64,000 bases of DNA from a bacterium (GTDB lineage Bacteria; UBA8248; JACPRG01; G963555815), in the NCBI GenBank assembly GCA_965261595.1, contig CBDHDG010000004.1, forward strand, positions 512,001 through 576,000, in the 5' to 3' direction. How positions within the stretch are numbered: position 1 is the stretch's first letter; the number at the start of each line of letters is the position of its first letter. Made by a program: the position numbers and the translations under genes. Below are positions 55,096 to 63,689 of this stretch, piece after piece. The notes beneath the pieces were generated by a model, which was not told where the DNA came from, searched no databases, and was given only the letters and a program-made list of their open reading frames with translations.

Positions 55096-55695
55096 ATGAG
55101 CGCCAAGGACGCAAGAGAAAATCGAGGCTCCGTAGGCCGGCCGACGAAACTGACGCCGGAGGTTGCCGACCGTATCGTTGAGGCCATGTCTCTCGGACTT
55201 TCGTACAAGGATGCTGCACGAGCCGGAGGCGTTTCGGAACAAACACTTATCGAATGGCGGGCCCGTGGGGAGCTTGAGCCGGAATCCCCATATACCGAAT
55301 TACTTGAGCGGATCGAGGGGGCCGTACAGGAAACCGGCGTTGAATACCTGAATGCGATCAAGCGGTCGATCCTGGAATCGACCACGATCACGAAAACGCA
55401 CGTCCGCACCCTTGAAGACGGGTCCAAGATGGAGGAGATCACCAAAGAAGAGCGCCCCCCGGGTATCAAGGGCGCAATGTGGTGGCTTGAGCGCCGCTTT
55501 CCTGATCCCTTTGCCCGAAGGATTGCGCATGGCGGAAAGGTTGGAATCGAGACACCCCCGAAGCGGAAGGTCACCATCAAGCTTGTGAGCCCGGACGGGA
55601 CGACCGAGGCGTTTGAGCAAACGGGCGGGGAATCTACAAAGAGCAACGTGTCGCCGAATCGTCTGACATCTACAGACGGCAGGAGGATCTCTTAA
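55096..55695 (+). CDS. phage-type HTH protein, terminase small subunit-like
   Basis: GRPTKLTPE...AARAGGVSEQTL.EW...AMWWLERRFP. Confidence 0.6.
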   Translation: MSAKDARENRGSVGRPTKLTPEVADRIVEAMSLGLSYKDAARAGGVSEQTLIEWRARGELEPESPYTELLERIEGAVQETGVEYLNAIKRSILESTTITKTHVRTLEDGSKMEEITKEERPPGIKGAMWWLERRFPDPFARRIAHGGKVGIETPPKRKVTIKLVSPDGTTEAFEQTGGESTKSNVSPNRLTSTDGRRIS

Positions 55696-56189
55696 GTGCA
55701 TCTCACTCAAGAGAATCGGAATTATGAGTTATGGGCTTTTAGGTGGTTACCCTTTGTCCTCTTCCCCTCCAGTATCTCTCCCACCATCAGTATCTGCGTC
55801 CGGACTGTATTTGACCCCATCAACTTCCAGGTCCCCCTCCTGCGCCCATATCCCTGTGAAAATTCCCGTCCTTCGTTGGCCCCAGAGGGTCCATAATAAT
55901 CAAACCCGCCATGAGCGCCTCGTCATTGTCCAGAACGCCTTGCATGGCGCGCAGGTCTCGGATGGTAACGTGCTTACCTCCTTTCAAACGCGGCGGTGCA
56001 TCGGACCTCTCGGCCCCTCAAAAATTCAACGCCCGCCGCCTCGCACGCCACCTCGATGCGGTGCTCGTATTTCCCCACCCTTCCGTCTGTGTCGTAAATC
56101 ACCACAGCAGGCTTCTTGCCGGTCAGCCAAGCGAAGAACAAGGTGGACCGCCCCTGGGTTATTGGACACTCGGGTGAGGGTATTCGACC

Positions 56190-57098
56190 TCATGCGGCCT
56201 CCGCAACTTGAGCGAGTTTTTCCTGCCTTGCCTGGGCCGGCGTTCGGTAGCCGTAGCCCTCGAGAATCCAATGATGGTTGTACAGGTTCTTGAACTCAAG
56301 CAGCGCCCACCGCAGTTCCTCTACGGTGGCGAAAGAGCGCACCCACAGGAGATTCTCCTTCAAGATGCGGATGAACCACTCACAGTAGCCATTTCCCTCG
56401 GGCGCCCGCACGAAGCTGGGCGAACTGGTCATGCCCAGGTAGGCGATCTCCCGCTGAAAGTCATCGGACAGATAGGCGGGGCCGTGGTCGTGACGAACTT
56501 TAAGCCCCTCGGCGACGTCCGCCTCCAAGCCGGCGAAGCGCTCGGCGACCCCCTGCCGGATCGGCTCCAGGGCCTCGAAGCGGTTGCCGCTCTTGGCCGC
56601 ATGGATCCCCACGCAGTCCACCGAGCAGTGATCCACCGCCACGAACACCGAGGCCATCCCCTCCTCGGTGGTCACCGTCGTCGTCATGTCCGTGCCCCAC
56701 ATTCGGTCGGGCCGCTCGGTGCGGATGGTCCCGTTGTGGGCCTTGGGACCTCGGGGTTTGCCCACCCGGTGGGGGGCCTGAAGCCCCGCCTCCCGCATCA
56801 GGCGACGCACCCGCTCCTTGCTGGTGCGGATGCCCGCGAAGCGCAGCCTCGCCCACACCTTGCGGTAGCCCTCGCCATGGAAGGGAGAGTCCTCCAGGAC
56901 CTGCCGGATGTGGCCGAGGAGTTCCGCATCGGTGCACGGGCCCACAGGGCCGCGCTTATTGGGCGTGGGGCGTTCATGAACGGGGACCGCCTCTCGCCGC
57001 CGTTGCGCGTAGACCGTGGAGCGCGCCAAGCCCCAAAGGGCGCACACCCGCTTCAGGCCGTAGGCTCTGCCCGTGGAGGTGAAGCGGGCCTGACTCAT
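56190..57098 (-). CDS. IS3-family transposase OrfB
   Basis: DDE motif intact. Confidence 0.88.
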   Translation of the reverse strand: MSQARFTSTGRAYGLKRVCALWGLARSTVYAQRRREAVPVHERPTPNKRGPVGPCTDAELLGHIRQVLEDSPFHGEGYRKVWARLRFAGIRTSKERVRRLMREAGLQAPHRVGKPRGPKAHNGTIRTERPDRMWGTDMTTTVTTEEGMASVFVAVDHCSVDCVGIHAAKSGNRFEALEPIRQGVAERFAGLEADVAEGLKVRHDHGPAYLSDDFQREIAYLGMTSSPSFVRAPEGNGYCEWFIRILKENLLWVRSFATVEELRWALLEFKNLYNHHWILEGYGYRTPAQARQEKLAQVAEAA

Positions 57099-57481
57099 CG
57101 CCTCCACCTCCTGCCGGCTAAAGGGCGGCCGGCCTCCAGGCGGTCGATCTTCTCCCGCAGGACCTCGCCCTCCATCGTGAGTTCGCCCACCTTGGCCTTG
57201 AGCCGGGCGTTCTCCTCGTCCCGCTCATCCGCCGGGCGGGCTTTGAGCGCCGCCTCGCCCCCGCGAAGGAACGCCTCGCGCCAGGCGGAAAGCCGAGCCG
57301 CTGTCGTGCCCAACTCGCGGCAGAGCGTCTCCAGGCTCTCGCCCCGCAAAAGACGCAGGACCGCCTCCCGCTTGCGCTGGCAGGAGAACCGACCCCGCTC
57401 ACTGCGATGCCCTGGGGCCTTGGCTCCGTTCGCCCTGCGGGCGCCCTCCGCCAAAGCCCCCTCTTGCTTTTGTTCGTTCAT
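57095..57481 (-). CDS. IS3-family OrfA
   Basis: as other copies. Confidence 0.85.
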   Translation of the reverse strand: MNEQKQEGALAEGARRANGAKAPGHRSERGRFSCQRKREAVLRLLRGESLETLCRELGTTAARLSAWREAFLRGGEAALKARPADERDEENARLKAKVGELTMEGEVLREKIDRLEAGRPLAGRRWRR

Positions 57482-57969
57482 CGCGACACCCCTTTCTCCA
57501 TGAATCATGGATCAATCGAGTGTCCAACAAAACCCTAGAGCGGGGGAAAGGCTTGTTGCACGCTGTCCAGACTGCTCCGCTTGTCCAGGCCGCCTTCGTA
57601 CACTGTGGTATCGGTTTCACAGTCCACTCTCACGTATCCTTTGCCGTTGGGATAGGTGTATTCGTGTCGCACCTCGGTTCTCCCTCCCAGACGGGCGCAA
57701 AATTCCCTGTTGTAATCGTCTTCCTTTTTCTTCTGCTGGGTCGCCCCGATGGATGGGATCAGAACACAACACACCGCCCCAGGATGAGACACCGGACTCT
57801 CATGTCAATACTCCCGTTCCTCTGGTGAAGGGGTTGAAGGGTTATTCCTTAATCGCCCTACGCGCGCGCGTGTGAAGTTATATGGAAAAACCGTTCACCC
57901 CTTTCCCCCGCTCTAGGGTTTTGTTGGACACTCGATTGATCCATGATTCATGGAGAAAGGGGTGTCGCG

Positions 57970-58356
57970 ATGAACGAACAAAAGCAAGAGGGGGCTTTGG
58001 CGGAGGGCGCCCGCAGGGCGAACGGAGCCAAGGCCCCAGGGCATCGCAGTGAGCGGGGTCGGTTCTCCTGCCAGCGCAAGCGGGAGGCGGTCCTGCGTCT
58101 TTTGCGGGGCGAGAGCCTGGAGACGCTCTGCCGCGAGTTGGGCACGACAGCGGCTCGGCTTTCCGCCTGGCGCGAGGCGTTCCTTCGCGGGGGCGAGGCG
58201 GCGCTCAAAGCTCGCCCGGCGGATGAGCGGGCCGAGGAGAACGCCCGGCTCAAGGCCAAGGTGGGCGAACTCACGATGGAGGGCGAGGTCCTGCGGGAGA
58301 AGATCGACCGCCTGGAGGCCGGCCGCCCTTTAGCCGGCAGGAGGTGGAGGCGATGA
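57970..58356 (+). CDS. IS3-family OrfA
   Basis: as other copies. Confidence 0.85.
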   Translation: MNEQKQEGALAEGARRANGAKAPGHRSERGRFSCQRKREAVLRLLRGESLETLCRELGTTAARLSAWREAFLRGGEAALKARPADERAEENARLKAKVGELTMEGEVLREKIDRLEAGRPLAGRRWRR

Positions 58357-59261
58357 GTCAGGCCCGCTTCACCTCCACGGGCAGAGCCTACGGCCTGAAG
58401 CGGGTGTGCGCCCTTTGGGGCTTGGCGCGCTCCACGGTCTACGCGCAACGGCGGCGAGAGGCGGTCCCCGTTCATGAACGCCCCACGCCCAATAAGCGCG
58501 GCCCTGTGGGCCCGTGCACCGATGCGGAACTCCTCGGCCACATCCGGCAGGTCCTGGAGGACTCTCCCTTCCATGGCGAGGGCTACCGCAAGGTGTGGGC
58601 GAGGCTGCGCTTCGCGGGCATCCGCACCAGCAAGGAGCGGGTGCGTCGCCTGATGCGGGAGGCGGGGCTTCAGGCCCCCCACCGGGTGGGCAAACCCCGA
58701 GGTCCCAAGGCCCACAACGGGACCATCCGCACCGAGCGGCCCGACCGAATGTGGGGCACGGACATGACGACGACGGTGACCACCGAGGAGGGGGTGGCCT
58801 CGGTGTTCGTGGCGGTGGATCACTGCTCGGTGGACTGCGTGGGGATCCATGCGGCCAAGAGCGGCAACCGCTTCGAGGCCCTGGAGCCGATCCGGCAGGG
58901 GGTCGCCGAGCGCTTCGCCGGCTTGGAGGCGGACGTCGCCGAGGGGCTTAAAGTTCGTCACGACCACGGCCCCGCCTATCTGTCCGATGACTTTCAGCGG
59001 GAGATCACCTACCTGGGCATGACCAGTTCGCCCAGCTTCGTGCGGGCGCCCGAGGGAAATGGCTACTGTGAGTGGTTTATCCGCATCTTGAAGGAGAATC
59101 TCCTGTGGGTGCGCTCTTTCGCCACCGTAGAGGAACTGCGGTGGGCGCTGCTTGAGTTCAAGAACCTGTACAACCATCATTGGATTCTCGAGGGCTACGG
59201 CTACCGAACGCCGGCCCAGGCAAGGCAGGAAAAACTCGCTCAAGTTGCGGAGGCCGCATGA
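58353..59261 (+). CDS. IS3-family transposase OrfB
   Basis: DDE motif intact. Confidence 0.88.
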   Translation: MSQARFTSTGRAYGLKRVCALWGLARSTVYAQRRREAVPVHERPTPNKRGPVGPCTDAELLGHIRQVLEDSPFHGEGYRKVWARLRFAGIRTSKERVRRLMREAGLQAPHRVGKPRGPKAHNGTIRTERPDRMWGTDMTTTVTTEEGVASVFVAVDHCSVDCVGIHAAKSGNRFEALEPIRQGVAERFAGLEADVAEGLKVRHDHGPAYLSDDFQREITYLGMTSSPSFVRAPEGNGYCEWFIRILKENLLWVRSFATVEELRWALLEFKNLYNHHWILEGYGYRTPAQARQEKLAQVAEAA

Positions 59262-59273
59262 GGTCGAATACCC

Positions 59274-60569
59274 TCACCCGAGTGTCCAATAACCCAGGGG
59301 CGGTCCACCTTCACCCTGTTCACCCACAATCGCCACGGTGTAAACATTGCCGCGTTTCCCGTGACGCTTCTCCACTCGGCGGCCCATCCAGATCCCCCAT
59401 GCCGTCCGGCTCACGGCGCGGACGCCTTCGGCCTGGCACCAATCCTGATAGTCCTTGAAAAGAAACCGCGATGGCGTTTCCGTAATTTCCGATCGCTCGC
59501 ACCTGGCCTCGAACCAGCCGGTCAGGGTGTCGGTTGATTCAAAATAGGCCGCCGTTGCGTCCAGGACAGCACGACAATCGCGCAGGCCGCCGGCAGCGTA
59601 TGACATGGCCCCCTGCACGATCCACCGGAGCACGCCCGGCAATTCATCTGAGCGCAGCCGCGCCGGCAGCTTCGGGTCTGGCCTTTCGGGCTTCGCCTCA
59701 AACGGCCAAAGGCGCAGGCGGCGTCGCAGTGCATTGTCGACCATTCGCACGGAAGGCGGCTCGTTTGTGAGAATCCAGATGGTCGCTGCGGGCCTGAATT
59801 CGAAAAAATCTTGCCTCATGAACCGAGCCGGGAGAGTATCGCCGCCACTCAGGGCTTTGAGAGTTTCGCCCCTAAACGTGCCTCCCGTCACCTCCGGCGC
59901 GACGACATAGCGTTTGCCGAAAAGGCCGGCGATTCCGGTCGGATGCTGCTCGAATCTGGCATTGAGCACCGACGCAGGCAGGACGCCAGCGTAAGAGCCG
60001 AGGGCGGTGCTGATGGTATCGGCGCACGTAGTTTTGCCCGCACCGCCGTCGCCAGCCACGACATTCACACGGTGGTCCTCGTTGTGCCCACACGCCGACG
60101 CCCCCACCGCAACCTGAAGGGCGCGCGCCATCTTGTCATCACCGCCGCACCATTCCAACGCTAGTTTTTCCCAAAGTTCTGAAATTTCATCACCGAGGTC
60201 GCACCCTGTTGACATCGTGATCCAATCATCCAGTCGCTGTTCACGCTCTTCGCCCGTGGTGAGATCAACAACCCTACCGCCCAGAAGGCCGAGGAGATTG
60301 GGGTTCGCGTCCCAGTCATCTTGGCGGAGGAGTTCGCCGGCCAGGCCTAGTGCGCCCCTGCAATGCGAAACCCGAAGCCATTGGGACCGAACCTTGGCCG
60401 AAATAGTAGCCTCAATGACGTTGGCCATGTCGTTGAGCGGAGCGCAGGATTCAGTCCAGCAACCGCGCTCCCACGCCATCCAGCGGCCCCGTTTCGGATG
60501 AAAGCGGCGGTTGTCTCTGTGAACGGCTACGAATTGTTGGGCGAAGCTGACGTGATGTGGTTTCATCAC
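59274..60569 (-). CDS. P4/D5-family primase-helicase (SF3 helicase) of an integrated element
   Basis: WDANPNLL..GRVVDL.TG, Walker A GDGGAGKTT, KALSGGD...ARFMRQDFFEF, RRL; last residues supplied by IS copy 5. Confidence 0.88.
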   Translation of the reverse strand: MMKPHHVSFAQQFVAVHRDNRRFHPKRGRWMAWERGCWTESCAPLNDMANVIEATISAKVRSQWLRVSHCRGALGLAGELLRQDDWDANPNLLGLLGGRVVDLTTGEEREQRLDDWITMSTGCDLGDEISELWEKLALEWCGGDDKMARALQVAVGASACGHNEDHRVNVVAGDGGAGKTTCADTISTALGSYAGVLPASVLNARFEQHPTGIAGLFGKRYVVAPEVTGGTFRGETLKALSGGDTLPARFMRQDFFEFRPAATIWILTNEPPSVRMVDNALRRRLRLWPFEAKPERPDPKLPARLRSDELPGVLRWIVQGAMSYAAGGLRDCRAVLDATAAYFESTDTLTGWFEARCERSEITETPSRFLFKDYQDWCQAEGVRAVSRTAWGIWMGRRVEKRHGKRGNVYTVAIVGEQGEGGPPLGYWTLG

Positions 60570-60763
60570 GCTTCGCGCTTTTCGCCCGCCGCGCGGGGTC
60601 GGGAGTCGAGAAAATCCTTGACTTCAGATTCCCGCCACCGAACCGCCCTTTGGCCGACGCGAATTGGCTCAGGAAAATCAGCCTCGCGCATTAGCCGATA
60701 AATCGCCGAACGCGAGATTTTGCAGATTTCCTCAACTTCGTCGCGCTTAAGCATTTTGTACAT
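60566..60763 (-). CDS. alpA: AlpA family regulator/excisionase
   Basis: LKRDEVEEICKISRSAIYRLM..FPEPIRVG.RAVRW.ESEV. Confidence 0.9.
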   Translation of the reverse strand: MYKMLKRDEVEEICKISRSAIYRLMREADFPEPIRVGQRAVRWRESEVKDFLDSRPRAAGEKREA

Positions 60764-60837
60764 CTTTTCGTTCCTCCGGGTTTCGGGTTTGCCTTCACTT
60801 TCCCTGAAGTTACTTCACCGATCCCGGATGTGTCATC

Positions 60838-61028
60838 CTAGCTTTTTGACCGCGTTGTGTAGGACAAGAGCGGATCGTGCTTTCCCCAAATCCGCTCTGT
60901 GTTCTTGTAGGCTTTGAGCGTCGCCCCAAAGACCGCCCGGCCAACAACATCGCAAGCCGAACCGCCTTCGGCGCAGCATAGCTCCGGTCCGCCCCCGTTT
61001 CGTGTCGGCGGTAGGTCGTAGAGCGTAC
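60838..61028 (-). pseudogene. 3' half of the hypothetical gene starting at 29432
   Basis: TLYDLPPTRNGGG...RSKS* continues ...IQYVGT in frame across the shared GTAC. Confidence 0.7.
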
Positions 61029-61094
61029 TCCCCCGCTCTAGGGTTTTGTTGGACACTCGATTGATCCATGATTCATGGAGAAAGGGGTGTCGCG

Positions 61095-61481
61095 ATGAAC
61101 GAACAAAAGCAAGAGGGGGCTTTGGCGGAGGGCGCCCGCAGGGCGAACGGAGCCAAGGCCCCAGGGCATCGCAGTGAGCGGGGTCGGTTCTCCTGCCAGC
61201 GCAAGCGGGAGGCGGTCCTGCGTCTTTTGCGGGGCGAGAGCCTGGAGACGCTCTGCCGCGAGTTGGGCACGACAGCGGCTCGGCTTTCCGCCTGGCGCGA
61301 GGCGTTCCTTCGCGGGGGCGAGGCGGCGCTCAAAGCTCGCCCGGCGGATGAGCGGGACGAGGAGAACGCCCGGCTCAAGGCCAAGGTGGGCGAACTCACG
61401 ATGGAGGGCGAGGTCCTGCGGGAGAAGATCGACCGCCTGGAGGCCGGCCGCCCTTTAGCCGGCAGGAGGTGGAGGCGATGA
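61095..61481 (+). CDS. IS3-family OrfA
   Basis: as other copies. Confidence 0.85.
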   Translation: MNEQKQEGALAEGARRANGAKAPGHRSERGRFSCQRKREAVLRLLRGESLETLCRELGTTAARLSAWREAFLRGGEAALKARPADERDEENARLKAKVGELTMEGEVLREKIDRLEAGRPLAGRRWRR

Positions 61482-62386
61482 GTCAGGCCCGCTTCACCTC
61501 CACGGGCAGAGCCTACGGCCTGAAGCGGGTGTGCGCCCTTTGGGGCTTGGCGCGCTCCACGGTCTACGCGCAACGGCGGCGAGAGGCGGTCCCCGTTCAT
61601 GAACGCCCCACGCCCAATAAGCGCGGCCCTGTGGGCCCGTGCACCGATGCGGAACTCCTCGGTCACATCCGGCAGGTCCTGGAGGACTCTCCCTTCCATG
61701 GCGAGGGCTACCGCAAGGTGTGGGCGAGGCTGCGCTTCGCGGGCATCCGCACCAGCAAGGAGCGGGTGCGTCGCCTGATGCGGGAGGCGGGGCTTCAGGC
61801 CCCCCACCGGGTGGGCAAACCCCGAGGTCCCAAGGCCCACAACGGGACCATCCGCACCGAGCGGCCCGACCGAATGTGGGGCACGGACATGACGACGACG
61901 GTGACCACCGAGGAGGGGATGGCCTCGGTGTTCGCGGCGGTGGATCACTGCTCGGTGGACTGCGTGGGGATCCATGCGGCCAAGAGCGGCAACCGCTTCG
62001 AGGCCCTGGAGCCGATCCGGCAGGGGGTCGCCGAGCGCTTCGCCGGCTTGGAGGCGGACGTCGCCGAGGGGCTTAAAGTTCGTCACGACCACGGCCCCGC
62101 CTATCTGTCCGATGACTTTCAGCGGGAGATCGCCTACCTGGGCATGACCAGTTCGCCCAGCTTCGTGCGGGCGCCCGAGGGAAATGGCTACTGTGAGTGG
62201 TTCATCCGCATCTTGAAGGAGAATCTCCTGTGGGTGCGCTCTTTCGCCACCGTAGAGGAACTGCGGTGGGCGCTGCTTGAGTTCAAGAACCTGTACAACC
62301 ATCATTGGATTCTCGAGGGCTACGGCTACCGAACGCCGGCCCAGGCAAGGCAGGAAAAACTCGCTCAAGTTGCGGAGGCCGCATGA
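61478..62386 (+). CDS. IS3-family transposase OrfB
   Basis: DDE motif intact. Confidence 0.88.
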   Translation: MSQARFTSTGRAYGLKRVCALWGLARSTVYAQRRREAVPVHERPTPNKRGPVGPCTDAELLGHIRQVLEDSPFHGEGYRKVWARLRFAGIRTSKERVRRLMREAGLQAPHRVGKPRGPKAHNGTIRTERPDRMWGTDMTTTVTTEEGMASVFAAVDHCSVDCVGIHAAKSGNRFEALEPIRQGVAERFAGLEADVAEGLKVRHDHGPAYLSDDFQREIAYLGMTSSPSFVRAPEGNGYCEWFIRILKENLLWVRSFATVEELRWALLEFKNLYNHHWILEGYGYRTPAQARQEKLAQVAEAA

Positions 62387-62434
62387 GGTCGAATACCCTC
62401 ACCCGAGTGTCCAATAACCCAGGGGCGGTCCACG

Positions 62435-62476
62435 TGAGACTTCCAGGAAATGTTAAGATGTGATTTGGACCTATGC
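62435..62476 (+). repeat. copy C (degenerate) of the repeat, left of the MNT-HEPN pair
   Basis: TGAGACTTCCAGGAAATGTTAAGATGT matches 63472-63498 at 26/27. Confidence 0.7.
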
Positions 62477-62506
62477 TTTGATCGCCCTGCCTTACGGAGA
62501 ATCGGA

Positions 62507-62839
62507 ATGACCCGGTCCCCAGCGTTAACGCCCGAGCTCCTCGACGATTTGGTGGAGCGCATCGTTGAGGCCGTTCATCCCCGGCGGATCATCCTGTTCG
62601 GGTCAGGGGCGAGAGGCGAAATGGGGCCGAACAGTGATTTGGACCTTCTGGTCGTGATGAAGGACAGCACGCATCGGAGGCGGACGGAGGGGCGGCTCTA
62701 CCGGGAGCTGTCAGGTTTGGGAGTCGCGAAAGACCTTGTGGTCGTCACCGAATCGGACGTGCGGCAGTTCGCGGACGAACCATCCCTGGTGATTTCCCCC
62801 GCGCTGAAGGAAGGAAGGGAATTATACCGTGCCCCCTGA
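62507..62839 (+). CDS. minimal nucleotidyltransferase (MNT antitoxin)
   Basis: IILFGSGARGE..PNSDLDLLVV (GSx10DxD). Confidence 0.9.
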   Translation: MTRSPALTPELLDDLVERIVEAVHPRRIILFGSGARGEMGPNSDLDLLVVMKDSTHRRRTEGRLYRELSGLGVAKDLVVVTESDVRQFADEPSLVISPALKEGRELYRAP

Positions 62840-63236
62840 GCGGCCTGTTCCGGGTTCCCCGGCGGATTGGCTTCAGCGGGCGCGGAGCGATCTTGCGCTG
62901 GCCGGGGTTTCATTGCCGGATGACGCCTTCTACGAGGACCTTTGTTTCCACGCCCAGCAAGCGGCGGAAAAGGCGATCAAGGGGGTCTATCGCGCCCATC
63001 AACGCGAGTTTCGATACACGCACGACATCGCCGCTCTCCTAAATGGCTTGAAAGGGGAAGGCATCGAGATTCCCGAAGAACTTCAAGAGGCCGTAGAGCT
63101 GACAGGGTTTGCGCGGCAAGCACGCTACCCCGGGACCAGAGAACCCACAACGGAAGCGGAATACCGGCGCGCCGTCACCCAGGCGGAAGCGGTCGTCCGC
63201 TGGGCCGAATCGCTGGTTGGAGGGCGGGCGTCCTGA
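62829..63236 (+). CDS. HEPN domain protein
   Basis: A.SDL..A, CFHAQQAAEKAIK, THDI, ARYP; overlaps the MNT gene. Confidence 0.9.
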   Translation: MPPERPVPGSPADWLQRARSDLALAGVSLPDDAFYEDLCFHAQQAAEKAIKGVYRAHQREFRYTHDIAALLNGLKGEGIEIPEELQEAVELTGFARQARYPGTREPTTEAEYRRAVTQAEAVVRWAESLVGGRAS

Positions 63237-63471
63237 GGCATGGGCGACGCATGCGGGACCCGATACGCGACCGGGTGAGGGGAAATCAAGGGGAATGAAG
63301 GGGTTTGAAGGGGTTCCCGGACCATCCACAGAGATTCCGGCCATCCCGAGACGTTCGAATTGGGACGCTCATCGTCTTTGAGTGAGGTTGTCATGGCACA
63401 AATTTGTGTTTGACCTTAATTCCATATCTGAATGAAAATGCTGACAACGTTTTTCTATTTCCCAAAGTTCA

Positions 63472-63515
63472 TGAGACTTCCGGGAAATGTTAAGATGTAA
63501 GACTTGACCCCATGC
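63472..63515 (+). repeat. copy D of the repeat, right of the MNT-HEPN pair
   Basis: TGAGACTTCCGGGAAATGTTAAGATGTAAGACTTGACCCCATGC. Confidence 0.7.
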
Positions 63516-63689
63516 CTGACCAAAGTTTGGTCCACCGGTACCAATTCGAAAATTTTTTCTAAACCCGATAAGGTGTCGCGATGAACGAGGGTATGCCAAA
63601 CTTAGTTGAAAATTGACGGAGCGCTCCCCCGTGGTGGAGTTGGGTTGTGTGAGATGCACATCCACCCACCGAAGGAAAGGAGACGCTCC

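Larger units (their letters stand above)
56144..57547 (-). mobile_element. IS3-family element copy 4
   Basis: same IRs, 1404 bp, TSD AAGG. Confidence 0.93.
55975..57792 (-). pseudogene. putative PD-(D/E)xK-like protein split by IS3 copy 4
   Basis: RVDCETDTTVYEGGLDKRSSLDSVQQA joins LFFAWLTGKKPAVVIYD across TSD AAGG; ends approximate. Confidence 0.55.
57904..59307 (+). mobile_element. IS3-family element copy 5
   Basis: same IRs, 1404 bp, TSD CCTT. Confidence 0.93.
61029..62432 (+). mobile_element. IS3-family element copy 6
   Basis: same IRs, 1404 bp; flanks GTAC/CGTG do not match. Confidence 0.92.
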
